A stretch of DNA of 61,605 nucleotides, the filler included. It is 10 parts of 10 records of this genome, joined end to end, with 100 filler letters (N's around TTAATTAATTAA, not from the genome) between each part and the next. Parts side by side here need not be neighbours in the genome. Positions count along the whole stretch, not along the records: positions 50,658 to 55,915 come from SRR31156797_55391; positions 56,016 to 61,605 come from SRR31156797_55420; 8 more parts are not named here. One strand, written 5' to 3'. The first letter of the stretch is position 1. The number at the start of each line of letters is the position of its first letter. Of the stretch, positions 51,521 through 60,532 are shown one piece after another. The notes beneath the pieces are model-generated. The model worked only from the letters and a program-made list of their open reading frames with translations, was not told where the DNA came from and searched no databases. Position numbers and translations under genes: made by a program.

Positions 51521-51689
51521 TTAAGTATCGGTTATTCTCTTAAGAGTCATTTCAAGATGGGAATAGGGGATAAACTCCTGTTCCAGCCGGATATTCTCTC
51601 CATAAATACCATCAGCTCTCCACAGCCATCAAGCGCCAGGCGGGATGGCTCCTTCTCATCTGCTTCAGATCAAAATAATCTAAGGGCAT
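51521..51689 (-). pseudogene. Wadjet deletion scar: jetA (DUF3375) 5' end fused to jetD 3' end
   Basis: MPLDYFDLKQMRRSHPAWRLMAVES* (51689-51612) overlaps, in another frame, DGIYGENIRLEQEFIPYSHLEMTLKRITDT* (to 51521). Confidence 0.7.
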
Positions 51690-51780
51690 ATCACTCTCTT
51701 CTTGTGGTATCGAAAGCTCATAGCTGCAGTATGCCGTATGTGTATGTCATTTTGTGGCATGTAAAATATACTAATCAATC

Positions 51781-52605
51781 TCATCGGCGGAACTCCATGG
51801 CCGAACAGCCCCGGGTCCGCTTGAAGGCCCGGGCAAAGCTGGGATAGTCCTGATAGCCCACCGACTGCCCCACCTCCGCTATGCTCAGCTTCGTAGACTT
51901 CAGGAGTTCCGCCGCCCGGTCCATCCGGTAGCGGATCAGATAACCCTGTAGCGTACGCCCTGTCTTTTCTCTGAACAGGGTCGTCAGATAGCGGCGGTCA
52001 AGCCCCGCATAGTCCGCCAGGATCTGAACGGTGATCGGGCGATTGAAGTTGGCTTTGATAAAGGATATCACCGCTTCCGTGTAGTCTCTGTCCGCCCTGT
52101 CCTGTGCCAGACTCTCCCTGCCGAAGAAGGAGGGGAGGGATGAGAGGATGTGGTAAAGATCTCCCTTGGCCCTGAGGTCGAAGCCCGGCCTTCTGCCGCG
52201 GACCGTTTCCAGGAGAGTGGCAAACTGCCTTTCCAGTTCCGAACTTTTTCCTCCCCTGAGCAGAATAATTTCTCTGTGGATACCCAAGTCCTCCAGCAGC
52301 TCGGGGCAGCGTTTACCGGTAAAGCCCACCCATACATACTTCCACGGATCCTTACGATCGGCCTGATAGCTTATGTTCTGATTGGGATGGATCAGGAAGC
52401 CGTCTCCCCGGCTGAGCTCTCTTTTTTTTCCGTTGTGAAACACGGCTCCCCTTCCCGAGAGGACGTAGTGAAACAGATACTCTCTGCGCTGGGAGCTATG
52501 GCGGTGCGCTGGAAGGCATTGCTCCATCCCGCAGTACTGAGGATAGATCTCTTCAGAGGGCGATACCCTGTTGTAGTATTCTTCCAGTTTGATTGTATCG
52601 GACAT
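51781..52605 (-). CDS. AraC-family regulator (MsmR/MelR-like)
   Basis: CGMEQC.P.H, YLFHYVLSGRG, DPWKYVWVGF, SVGYQD..SF.RAFK; divergent from melA. Confidence 0.92.
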   Translation of the reverse strand: MSDTIKLEEYYNRVSPSEEIYPQYCGMEQCLPAHRHSSQRREYLFHYVLSGRGAVFHNGKKRELSRGDGFLIHPNQNISYQADRKDPWKYVWVGFTGKRCPELLEDLGIHREIILLRGGKSSELERQFATLLETVRGRRPGFDLRAKGDLYHILSSLPSFFGRESLAQDRADRDYTEAVISFIKANFNRPITVQILADYAGLDRRYLTTLFREKTGRTLQGYLIRYRMDRAAELLKSTKLSIAEVGQSVGYQDYPSFARAFKRTRGCSAMEFRR

Positions 52606-52737
52606 AATGCAATAAATTCCATTCAGAAAATATAATCCATATTACATTATGAGATGGTTCTGAGCCAAGGGCGGTACTATGATGGTTTCATTATTTTATC
52701 GATCCGGACCCGGAGCTGAGGTCCGTCAGGAGGCCCT

Positions 52738-54075
52738 ATGTCCAAGATTACCTTTATCGGTGCGGGAAGCACCATCTTCGCCAAGAACGTTCTGGGAGAC
52801 GTGCTGTTAACCGAGTCCCTCCGGGATTCCCACATCGCCCTGTATGATATAGACCCTAAGCGTCTGGATGAGTCCCGGCAGATGATCGAGACCCTCAACA
52901 GCAACTGCAATCAGGGGCGCGCCACCGTTACGGCGCATCTGGGAAAGGAGGAGCGGAAGGAGGCTTTCCGGGGAGCGGACTTCGCGGTCAATGCCATCCA
53001 GGTGGGAGGCTATGAGCCCTGTACGGTGACGGACTTCGAGATCCCCAAGAAGTACGGCCTGAAGCAGACCATCGCCGACACCCTGGGCATCGGCGGCATC
53101 TTCCGGGGTGTGAGGACCCTGCCGGTTATGCTGGAGATGGCCCGGGAGATGGAAGAGCTCTGCCCCGACGTCTGGCTCCTCAACTACACCAATCCCATGT
53201 CCATCATCACCGGCGGCATGCTCAAGGGTTCCGGGATAAGGACCGTCGGGCTCTGCCACTCGGTGCAGGACTGCGCCAGGGACCTTCTGGAAGAGACGGG
53301 CATGCTGGAGGATGTGAAGGATCTGAGATGGAAGATCGCCGGAATCAACCATATGGCCTGGCTATTGGAGATTACAGACGGCAAGAAGGATCTCTACCCC
53401 GAGATCAAGAAGCGGGCGGCCGAGATGAACCGTCTGGCCCGCAACGGAGAGGCTGAGAAGCACGGCGATATGGTCCGCTTTGAGCTGATGCGCCACTTCG
53501 GTTACTACATCACCGAGTCCAGCGAGCATAACGCGGAGTACTCCCCCTATTGGATCAAGAAGCAATACCCCGGCCTTATCGAGGAGTTCAATATCCCTCT
53601 GGACGAGTATCCCAGGCGCTGCGTGAAGCAGATCGCCGAATGGGAAGAGCAGAGCAAGGACATGGTCCACAACAAGGCCCTGAGCCATGAGAAGACCAAG
53701 GAGTTCGGCGCCTACATCATGGATGCGATTGTAACGGGAGAACCCTACCGCATTCACGGAAATGTTCTCAATAAGGGGTTTATTCCCAACCTGCCCGCCG
53801 AAGCGCTTGTAGAGGTACCCTGCCTTGTGGATAAGAACGGCGTTCAGGGATGCTATTCAGGCAGGCTGCCCGAGCAGCTGGCCGGACTGAACCGGAGCAA
53901 TATCAACGTTCATCTTCTGGCCGTTGAAGCGGCCCTTACGGGCAGCCGGGAGGCCCTGTACCACGCGGCTTATCTGGACCCCCATGCCTCGGCGGAGCTG
54001 ACCCTGGATGAGATCCGCTCTCTCTGCGATGATCTAATCCAGGCCCATGGAGACTGGATGCCTAAGCTCTCTTAA
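52738..54075 (+). CDS. melA: NAD-dependent alpha-galactosidase (GH4)
   Basis: ITFIGAGS, QTIADTLGIGG, NYTNP, GLCHSVQ, AGINHMAW, TESSEHNAEY. Confidence 0.92.
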   Translation: MSKITFIGAGSTIFAKNVLGDVLLTESLRDSHIALYDIDPKRLDESRQMIETLNSNCNQGRATVTAHLGKEERKEAFRGADFAVNAIQVGGYEPCTVTDFEIPKKYGLKQTIADTLGIGGIFRGVRTLPVMLEMAREMEELCPDVWLLNYTNPMSIITGGMLKGSGIRTVGLCHSVQDCARDLLEETGMLEDVKDLRWKIAGINHMAWLLEITDGKKDLYPEIKKRAAEMNRLARNGEAEKHGDMVRFELMRHFGYYITESSEHNAEYSPYWIKKQYPGLIEEFNIPLDEYPRRCVKQIAEWEEQSKDMVHNKALSHEKTKEFGAYIMDAIVTGEPYRIHGNVLNKGFIPNLPAEALVEVPCLVDKNGVQGCYSGRLPEQLAGLNRSNINVHLLAVEAALTGSREALYHAAYLDPHASAELTLDEIRSLCDDLIQAHGDWMPKLS

Positions 54076-54093
54076 TTCAATATACCGGGTCTC

Positions 54094-55554
54094 TTAGTCT
54101 GAGGCCCGGACGCAGTTCCTTCCCCCGGCCTTGGCGGAGTAGAGGGCCTTGTCGACCCTCTGGAAGAGGCTGTCCTTGGTATCTCCGTTTACAAACCCGC
54201 TCACTCCTATGCTTACGCTGAGAGATCCTCCGTCGGGATAGCTGGCCAGGGCGGCGTCCTTAACGGTCTTTCTTATCTTTTCAGCCAGATCGAAGGCTTT
54301 TTTCAAATCGCAGTTATCACAGAGAAGCACGAACTCCTCCCCGCCCCATCTGCTGAACTCATCGCCCTTCCGGGTCATCCCCCTGATCAGGGAGGCCGTG
54401 TCAACCAGCACGCCGTCCCCCTCCAGATGACCATAGCTGTCATTGATCTTTTTGAAGTGATCGATATCTATCAATAGAAGGGAGACGGGGATCTCTTTAC
54501 GTTCAAAGCGGTGCAGGGCCTGAGTCAGGGAGTATTCGAAGACCTGTCTGTTGTTCACGCCGGTCAGGGGATCGAGGGTCGCCATCCTTCTCAGTCTGCT
54601 CTGATAGTGGCGCAGGCTTACGAATACCGATGACAGAGTCAGGGCTATGGCAATAATATGAACGCTCAGGAGTGTGATGAGCAGGCGGTTCATCCTCTTC
54701 AGGGCAACCGTCTTATGCTGAATGGTTACCAGCTCCCAGTCCAGCTCGGGCAGATAGGTTCTATGGAGGAAGAAAGCCTCACCTTCAATGGTGCATTCCA
54801 TCATTCGCATTTCCGGCTCTGCGGCGACTTCCGCCCGGGAAGGCAGGCCCTTCAGTTCTTCAAGAATCAACTCATCACTGATGATCGGTTGATCCGATTT
54901 GGCTACTATCTCTCCTTCCGAATCGATGAAATAGATATCCCTGTCATGATCTGTGCCGTATTTTGTCAGCAGTTGCGGTATCGTACGCAGCTCCAGACCT
55001 ATCCCCGCAACGCCGAGGGTTTCTCTCTTATCATCTACGATCCTGACGTTGATGAACACGGTGGGCATGCCACCCATATCCACGTTGTAGTTGATGTTGA
55101 GCTGCTTCAGATCTCCCCCTTCCAGAAAGGAAAAATACCAGGCCGCATCGGGATCCTCTCTGTGTATGGGGAAGGCTCCTTTCATATTGTAGTAGGTACG
55201 GGAGCCTTCGGAGACCAGAAAACATGTCATCGCCTTATGCTGGTTCCTGACCGAATCAAGATAACGGCTCATAAAGTCAGGGTCGGGTTCGCCGTCTTCA
55301 AGCCAGCGGCGGATAAACAGGTCGTCCCCCAGGGTCGAGGAGGCGATGATGGGAGCCTGGAGTTCCTGTCTTATCTCCGAACTCACCAGGGCGCTTCGCA
55401 GAGGCATGTCGTTGTCCATGATGCTGCTTTTCAAATCCCTTCTCATGGTGAAGTAGATCAGGCCTCCGCTCAGCAGGAGATTTATGAGAAGAATCGCCGA
55501 AACGATGATAAGAAGCTCTTGCCCTTTGGGGTTAAACAGCTTTGTACGGTTCAT
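54094..55554 (-). CDS. Cache-sensor diguanylate cyclase
   Basis: Two TMs around a sensor domain; DPLTG, DIDHFKKINDSYGH, RWGGEEF. Confidence 0.92.
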   Translation of the reverse strand: MNRTKLFNPKGQELLIIVSAILLINLLLSGGLIYFTMRRDLKSSIMDNDMPLRSALVSSEIRQELQAPIIASSTLGDDLFIRRWLEDGEPDPDFMSRYLDSVRNQHKAMTCFLVSEGSRTYYNMKGAFPIHREDPDAAWYFSFLEGGDLKQLNINYNVDMGGMPTVFINVRIVDDKRETLGVAGIGLELRTIPQLLTKYGTDHDRDIYFIDSEGEIVAKSDQPIISDELILEELKGLPSRAEVAAEPEMRMMECTIEGEAFFLHRTYLPELDWELVTIQHKTVALKRMNRLLITLLSVHIIAIALTLSSVFVSLRHYQSRLRRMATLDPLTGVNNRQVFEYSLTQALHRFERKEIPVSLLLIDIDHFKKINDSYGHLEGDGVLVDTASLIRGMTRKGDEFSRWGGEEFVLLCDNCDLKKAFDLAEKIRKTVKDAALASYPDGGSLSVSIGVSGFVNGDTKDSLFQRVDKALYSAKAGGRNCVRASD

Positions 55555-55795
55555 TTGTGATCTCCATTTTCTTAAGTATAGCTTCCTCCTGTCGCCGATA
55601 TCAATTCCATTCTCCCCGCACTTAGCTTGTCCCTGAGCCTGCTCCGGAACTTTGTCCGGGAATCCTGTCCAGGGAGCCAGGACAGGTGAAATCGTCCATT
55701 GCCAACCGCAGAGAGCTAACGTACAATAGACTCTTTGACAGAGGATCGCCCTCCGGGGGGCTCGGACTTATCCTTAAGGGAGTTGTGGAGACGTT

Positions 55796-55915
55796 TTGGA
55801 AGATTTATACAGGATGATACTGGTGGACGATGAGGACGAGGTCCGGGGACGGATCTCGTCCAAGATCTCCGAGGAGAGCGGCTTTCAGGTCGTGGCGGCG
55901 GCCGGAAACGGCTAT
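55796..55915 (+). CDS. Response regulator (YesN-like) N-terminus, truncated
   Basis: LYRMILVDDEDEVRGRI...GFQVVAAAGNGY. Confidence 0.75.
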
Positions 55916-56015
55916 NNNNNNNNNNNNNNNNNNNNNNNNNNNNNNNNNNNNNNNNNNNNTTAATTAATTAANNNNNNNNNNNNNNNNNNNNNNNNNNNNN
56001 NNNNNNNNNNNNNNN
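55916..56015. other. Artificial contig spacer
   Basis: N-run + TTAATTAATTAA + N-run. Confidence 0.98.
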
Positions 56016-56228
56016 GCCATCGGCCCGGGCTATATCGCCACCGAACTGACCGCACCGCTAAAAGCCGATGCGGACTTCGACAAGTGGGTCCTGGCCAAGA
56101 CGCCCTTGGGACGATGGGGACGACCCGAGGATTTCATCGGGACCGCTGTCCTGCTGGCGTCACAAGCAGGGGACTTCATCACGGGGCAAATATTCTACGT
56201 CGATGGCGGCTGGACCGCGCTGATCTAG
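56016..56228 (+). CDS. SDR oxidoreductase C-terminus (gluconate 5-dehydrogenase/KduD-like), 5'-truncated
   Basis: AIGPGYIATELT...TPLGRWGRPED...DFITGQIFYVDGGW. Confidence 0.85.
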   Translation, partial: AIGPGYIATELTAPLKADADFDKWVLAKTPLGRWGRPEDFIGTAVLLASQAGDFITGQIFYVDGGWTALI

Positions 56229-56268
56229 GTCGAGCCCACCGAGCAGACGGACACAGGGAGTGCATCGT

Positions 56269-57852
56269 ATGAAACAGCACCGCTTCCGTACACTGAGCAA
56301 AGCGACCCTTTGGGCCACCCTCGTTCTCACGGTCGTCTTGCCGTGCAGTCAGGCTTTGGCGACGTCGACCGCTGCCGCTTTGCAGGTGGACCTGCGCAGT
56401 CGTGTGGAGTTGGCCGAGGCGCCGGGGCAATTCCGCGTGGTCTGTCAACAGACGCAATGGCAGCCCGACCACACGGCGATCATCGTCTGTGACATGTGGG
56501 ATCAGCATTGGTGCCAGGGCGCGACCCGCCGTGTTGCGGAACTGGCCCCGGTGATGAATCGTGTCATTACCGACGCGCGCCGGCGCGGCGTGCTCATCAT
56601 CCACGCCCCCAGCGACACCATCGATCACTACCGAGACCATCCCGGTCGCCGGATCGCCAAGAAGGCGCCGCGCGCCGCCAATCTGCCCGAGGGCATCGCC
56701 CAGTGGTGTCACTGGAAGGACGAGACCGAGAAGACCGCCGGCTACCCGATCGACCATTCCGACGGAGGCTGCGACTGTCAGCCCCCTTGTGCGACCGCTT
56801 CGCCCTGGACGGGGCAGATCGAGGCCATTGAAATCGCGGACGAAGATGCCGTCAGCGATTCGGGTGTCGAAATCTGGAACCTGCTTCAGCAGCGGGATAT
56901 CGACAATGTGATCCTGATAGGCGTGCACACCAATATGTGCGTGCTGGGCCGGCCCTTTGGATTGCGCCAGTTGTCCCGGGCCGGCAAGAACGTTGCGCTG
57001 ATGCGCGATCTGACCGACACGATGTACAACTCGCAGATGGCGCCCAAAGTCAGCCACTTCACCGGGACCGACCTCATTGTCGAGCACGTCGAGACGTATG
57101 TCTGTCCCACCCTCACCTCGACCGCGTTCACGGCGGGGCCGCCCTTTGAATTTAAGAACGACGCCAGGCCGCTGGTCGTCTTCGTTTCGGCCGAGAGTGA
57201 GTACGGAGCGGCCGAGACATTGCCTGGTTTCGCCCACGAACTGGAAATGCAGCATGGCCTGCGCTGCGAGATCCTCCAGGGCAGTACCGAGAAGAAGGGG
57301 CCCGAGCGGCACGAAATCGCGGGCATGGAAATCCTCGACGAGGCCGAGTTGGTGGTGGTCTTCGCCCGGCGCCGCGCCTTCCCGGCCGATCAGATGCAGC
57401 ATCTAGAGGCCTATCTCGATCGTGGCGGGCCCTTGATCGGCTTACGCACTGCCAGCCATGCCTTCGACGCGCGGGGCAGTGGACCGTCCGACCACGCCGA
57501 ATGGCCCCGGTTCGATCCCGACGTGCTGGGTGGCAACTATCACAATCACTACGGCGGCGGCCCCAAGTGCGCCGTGACCGCTGCGGCCGGAGCGCAGGGC
57601 CATCCGATTCTGGCGGGTGTGACGCTCCCGTTGCTCAGCGACGGTTCGCTCTACAGAGTTCGGCCGCTGGCCGAGACCGCCACGTCACTGCTACTCGGGA
57701 CCATCCCCGACCGCGAACCCGAGCCGGTCGCCTGGACAAATCAATACCAACAGTCACGCATCTTCTACACGTCCCTCGGTCATCCCCACGACTTCGACGA
57801 TGAGCAGTTTCGCAAGCTGTTGATCAATGCGGTGCACTGGGCTCTGAACTGA
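56269..57852 (+). CDS. Secreted isochorismatase-like + ThuA-like two-domain protein
   Basis: Signal peptide; IIVCDMWD.HWC, GVHTNMCVLGR; ThuA-like GLRTASHAF, EPVAWT, FYTSLGH. Confidence 0.8.
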   Translation: MKQHRFRTLSKATLWATLVLTVVLPCSQALATSTAAALQVDLRSRVELAEAPGQFRVVCQQTQWQPDHTAIIVCDMWDQHWCQGATRRVAELAPVMNRVITDARRRGVLIIHAPSDTIDHYRDHPGRRIAKKAPRAANLPEGIAQWCHWKDETEKTAGYPIDHSDGGCDCQPPCATASPWTGQIEAIEIADEDAVSDSGVEIWNLLQQRDIDNVILIGVHTNMCVLGRPFGLRQLSRAGKNVALMRDLTDTMYNSQMAPKVSHFTGTDLIVEHVETYVCPTLTSTAFTAGPPFEFKNDARPLVVFVSAESEYGAAETLPGFAHELEMQHGLRCEILQGSTEKKGPERHEIAGMEILDEAELVVVFARRRAFPADQMQHLEAYLDRGGPLIGLRTASHAFDARGSGPSDHAEWPRFDPDVLGGNYHNHYGGGPKCAVTAAAGAQGHPILAGVTLPLLSDGSLYRVRPLAETATSLLLGTIPDREPEPVAWTNQYQQSRIFYTSLGHPHDFDDEQFRKLLINAVHWALN

Positions 57853-57861
57853 GCCCTTCTT

Positions 57862-57901
57862 AATAGGTCTTATCGGTCCCATAGGACCTATCCGACCTAT
57901 T
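57862..57901. repeat. Short 9-nt-unit inverted intergenic repeat
   Basis: AATAGGTC-TTATCGGTCCCATAGGACCTATCC-GACCTATT. Confidence 0.45.
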
Positions 57902-57941
57902 CTGCTTTTCCCTCGGATTTTGCTTCGGTTCGTGTCAACCG

Positions 57942-58580
57942 ATGGGCTACGATACCCGTCTGGAGGAGGTAGTTGGAGTCGTAGCCTTGACGGGAATCAC
58001 AGACGAAAGCCTAATGGCCGCTCACTTGCGTGGAGATCGGGCGGCGTTTCGCGAGCTGGTCCGCCGCTATGGGGACCGCGTGCTGGGGTATTTGTTCCGC
58101 ATGACCGGTAACCGAGACCAAGCCGAAGACCTTTTCCAGGAGACCTTCAAACGGGTCCATGAGAAGGCGCACACGTTTCGGGGGTCGCGTCTGAAGAGTT
58201 GGCTGTTCACGATTGCCACGCGCGTGGCGATCGATGCGTCGCGACGACGCAAGCACCGTCGAACCGTCTCCCTGGATCAGCCGACCGACTGCGGATCGGA
58301 GGAAGGCTGCTCCCTCGCGGCCGTGACGGTCGCCCCTGATGCCACCGACCCGGCTGACGACGCGGTCCGGGAAGAGCAGAAGCAGCAGGTTAGAGAGGCC
58401 GTCGGAACATTGCCCATCAAGCAGCGGGCCACCCTCGTCTTGGCCTACTACCAGCAATTGAGCTACCCCGAGGTGGCGCAGGTGATGGGCTGCTCGGTGG
58501 GCACGGTCAAAACCCAAATGTCACGGGCGCTGGCGACCTTATCGCGCCGGCTGCCGGACTCTCTCAGTGTGACGAAATGA
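57942..58580 (+). CDS. ECF RNA polymerase sigma factor
   Basis: GDRAAF.ELVRRY, AEDLFQETF, SWLFTIA, LSYPEVA..MGCSVGTVK. Confidence 0.93.
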   Translation: MGYDTRLEEVVGVVALTGITDESLMAAHLRGDRAAFRELVRRYGDRVLGYLFRMTGNRDQAEDLFQETFKRVHEKAHTFRGSRLKSWLFTIATRVAIDASRRRKHRRTVSLDQPTDCGSEEGCSLAAVTVAPDATDPADDAVREEQKQQVREAVGTLPIKQRATLVLAYYQQLSYPEVAQVMGCSVGTVKTQMSRALATLSRRLPDSLSVTK

Positions 58581-60463
58581 GCGAACATCAAACCGAACAA
58601 CAACTGATCGACTACGCCTTCGAGCTGGCTTCGGAGGCCGCCGCGCAGCAGACGCGGGCCCACCTCGAAACGTGCGAGTCGTGTCGGCAGAAGCTGGACG
58701 AGTTGAAGGGCAAGTTCACGACGCTGGATTTGCTGCGCGACGAGATCGCGGCCTCCGACGATCTGGTCGCTCAGACTGTCGCGGCTGCCACGGCGCCCAG
58801 GCGAACGCGGATCATTCCCATCTACCGGCATCCCTGGCTCGGCGCCGCCGCGGCCGTCCTCGTCGTGGGTGTGGCGCTGCTGGTAACGTCCACGTTCCAG
58901 ACCGGCCCGGCACCGACCGAACCGGCTGCGCCGAACCTCACCTCTAAGAGGGATCTGGCCAAGGAAGAGATGGAAAGCCGTCCGATGGTCGAGCCGACGA
59001 CGCTCGGCGCTCGCGGCCGAGGAGTGACTCCTGGTTCGGCCGGGGCACCGCTTCAGATGGAGCTTGCCGATAGCGCCCCCGTGGACACGGCAATGACTGT
59101 GGCCTCGGCGCAGAGGTTTGACGAAGCCATCGACGAGAAGCCCCCGTTTGCGCCGGCCAGTGCGATTGAGCTGGTCGTGCTGCCGCGCCGCGAGGACGTG
59201 CAACTGACCATCTACAACTCGGCCGATCTGACCCTGGTCCGCGAGCGCCGGAATCTCACGCTCAAGAAGGGTTGGAACTGGCTGCAGTTCATGTGGGCCC
59301 AGACCCTGATCGATCCGACCAGCCTGACCCTCGAACCACTGGAGCACCGCGACGGTGTCGAGGTTCAGCAACTCGTTTACCCACCAAGGCTGCGGGAACT
59401 GGGCCGCTGGCTGATTCGTTCCGAAGTTAGCGGCCAGGTCCCGTTCGAGCTGACCTACCTGACCAGCGGCCTCACCTGGCGCGCCTTCTACATGGGCACG
59501 CTCAGCGCCGACGAAACGACGATGGACCTCCAGGCCTACGTCCGCGTTGACAACCATAGCGGCGAGGATTATGAAGACGCCCAGACCCGCTTGATCGTGG
59601 ACCAGGTCCACCTGCTCGATCAGATCCGCGATTTGGCCCAGCGGCAATATGCCTATGGCAGTCCGCTGCGCGAAGGGTTGAAGCCGGATGGATACGGCAT
59701 GATGGGAGGCATGGGCGGCGCACGGCGCGATAAGGACAGTGACGTCCTGGGGGCTATCGTGAATGCCCTGGAGCGCAAGCAGATCCGCAAGGAAGGTCTC
59801 AGCGAGTATTTCCTCTATACGATCGAGGGCACCGAGACGATCCCCGACACGTGGGGCAAGCGGCTGCTCTCGTTCGAGACGGACGATATTCCGGTCACGA
59901 GTCTGTACAAGTACGACGAGCAGCGGTGGGGACCGCAGCCGATCCGCTTCGTTTCGTTCGCCAATGATGCCGAGCATGAATTGGGCGGGACACCGATCCC
60001 GAACGGTGCGGTTCGCATCTATGGCCGGGCTGATACGGAAGGACATTTGTCTTACACGGGCGGGACGGAGGTCAAGTACGTCCCGGTCGGCGAGGAGATC
60101 GAACTGAATCTCGGTCTGGCCCGGCTGGTCCAGGTCGAGCCGGTTTTGACAGAGACACGCACGGAGAACTACGTGTTCGACAGCAACGACCGCAACTTCA
60201 CCGGCTGGGACGAAGTGCGGACCTGGAAGGTCGACGTCACGAATGCCCGGACCTTGCCGGTCGACATCGAAGTAACGCGCGGTTTTGAGACGCCACAGTG
60301 GGAATTGACGGTGAACGAAGGCGCCGTCGCTTATGAGAAACATGATGTGACGCACGCTCGCTTCAAGTTGAGCGTCGCGCCCCGGAGCAAAGAGGCATTC
60401 ACCTATACGGTGACAACCTATCATGGTGTCCGAGAAGAAGTGTTCATCAGAAGACAACAGTAA
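58577..60463 (+). CDS. Zinc-finger anti-sigma factor fused to a DUF4139-type domain
   Basis: HLETCESC (HxxxCxxC), TM WLGAAAAVLVVGVALLV, then VQLTIYNSADLTLVRERR, RVDNHSGEDY, KEGLSEYFLYTI; ATGA overlap with the sigma gene. Confidence 0.8.
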   Translation: MSEHQTEQQLIDYAFELASEAAAQQTRAHLETCESCRQKLDELKGKFTTLDLLRDEIAASDDLVAQTVAAATAPRRTRIIPIYRHPWLGAAAAVLVVGVALLVTSTFQTGPAPTEPAAPNLTSKRDLAKEEMESRPMVEPTTLGARGRGVTPGSAGAPLQMELADSAPVDTAMTVASAQRFDEAIDEKPPFAPASAIELVVLPRREDVQLTIYNSADLTLVRERRNLTLKKGWNWLQFMWAQTLIDPTSLTLEPLEHRDGVEVQQLVYPPRLRELGRWLIRSEVSGQVPFELTYLTSGLTWRAFYMGTLSADETTMDLQAYVRVDNHSGEDYEDAQTRLIVDQVHLLDQIRDLAQRQYAYGSPLREGLKPDGYGMMGGMGGARRDKDSDVLGAIVNALERKQIRKEGLSEYFLYTIEGTETIPDTWGKRLLSFETDDIPVTSLYKYDEQRWGPQPIRFVSFANDAEHELGGTPIPNGAVRIYGRADTEGHLSYTGGTEVKYVPVGEEIELNLGLARLVQVEPVLTETRTENYVFDSNDRNFTGWDEVRTWKVDVTNARTLPVDIEVTRGFETPQWELTVNEGAVAYEKHDVTHARFKLSVAPRSKEAFTYTVTTYHGVREEVFIRRQQ

Positions 60464-60514
60464 GGTGTGCATTGCACACCACGTATGAAAAGCGGTGGGC
60501 AGTGCCCACCCTAC
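60460..60514. repeat. GTAG-type REP doublet (REPIN)
   Basis: GTAAGGTGTGCATTGCACACC ... GGTGGGCAGTGCCCACCCTAC, two inverted palindromic units. Confidence 0.75.
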
Positions 60515-60532
60515 GTTTTGGGAGATCGAAAC

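Noticed and set aside
51557-51847. 96-aa plus-strand ORF
   Set aside because: No motifs; the informative signal is the minus-strand jetA/jetD scar.
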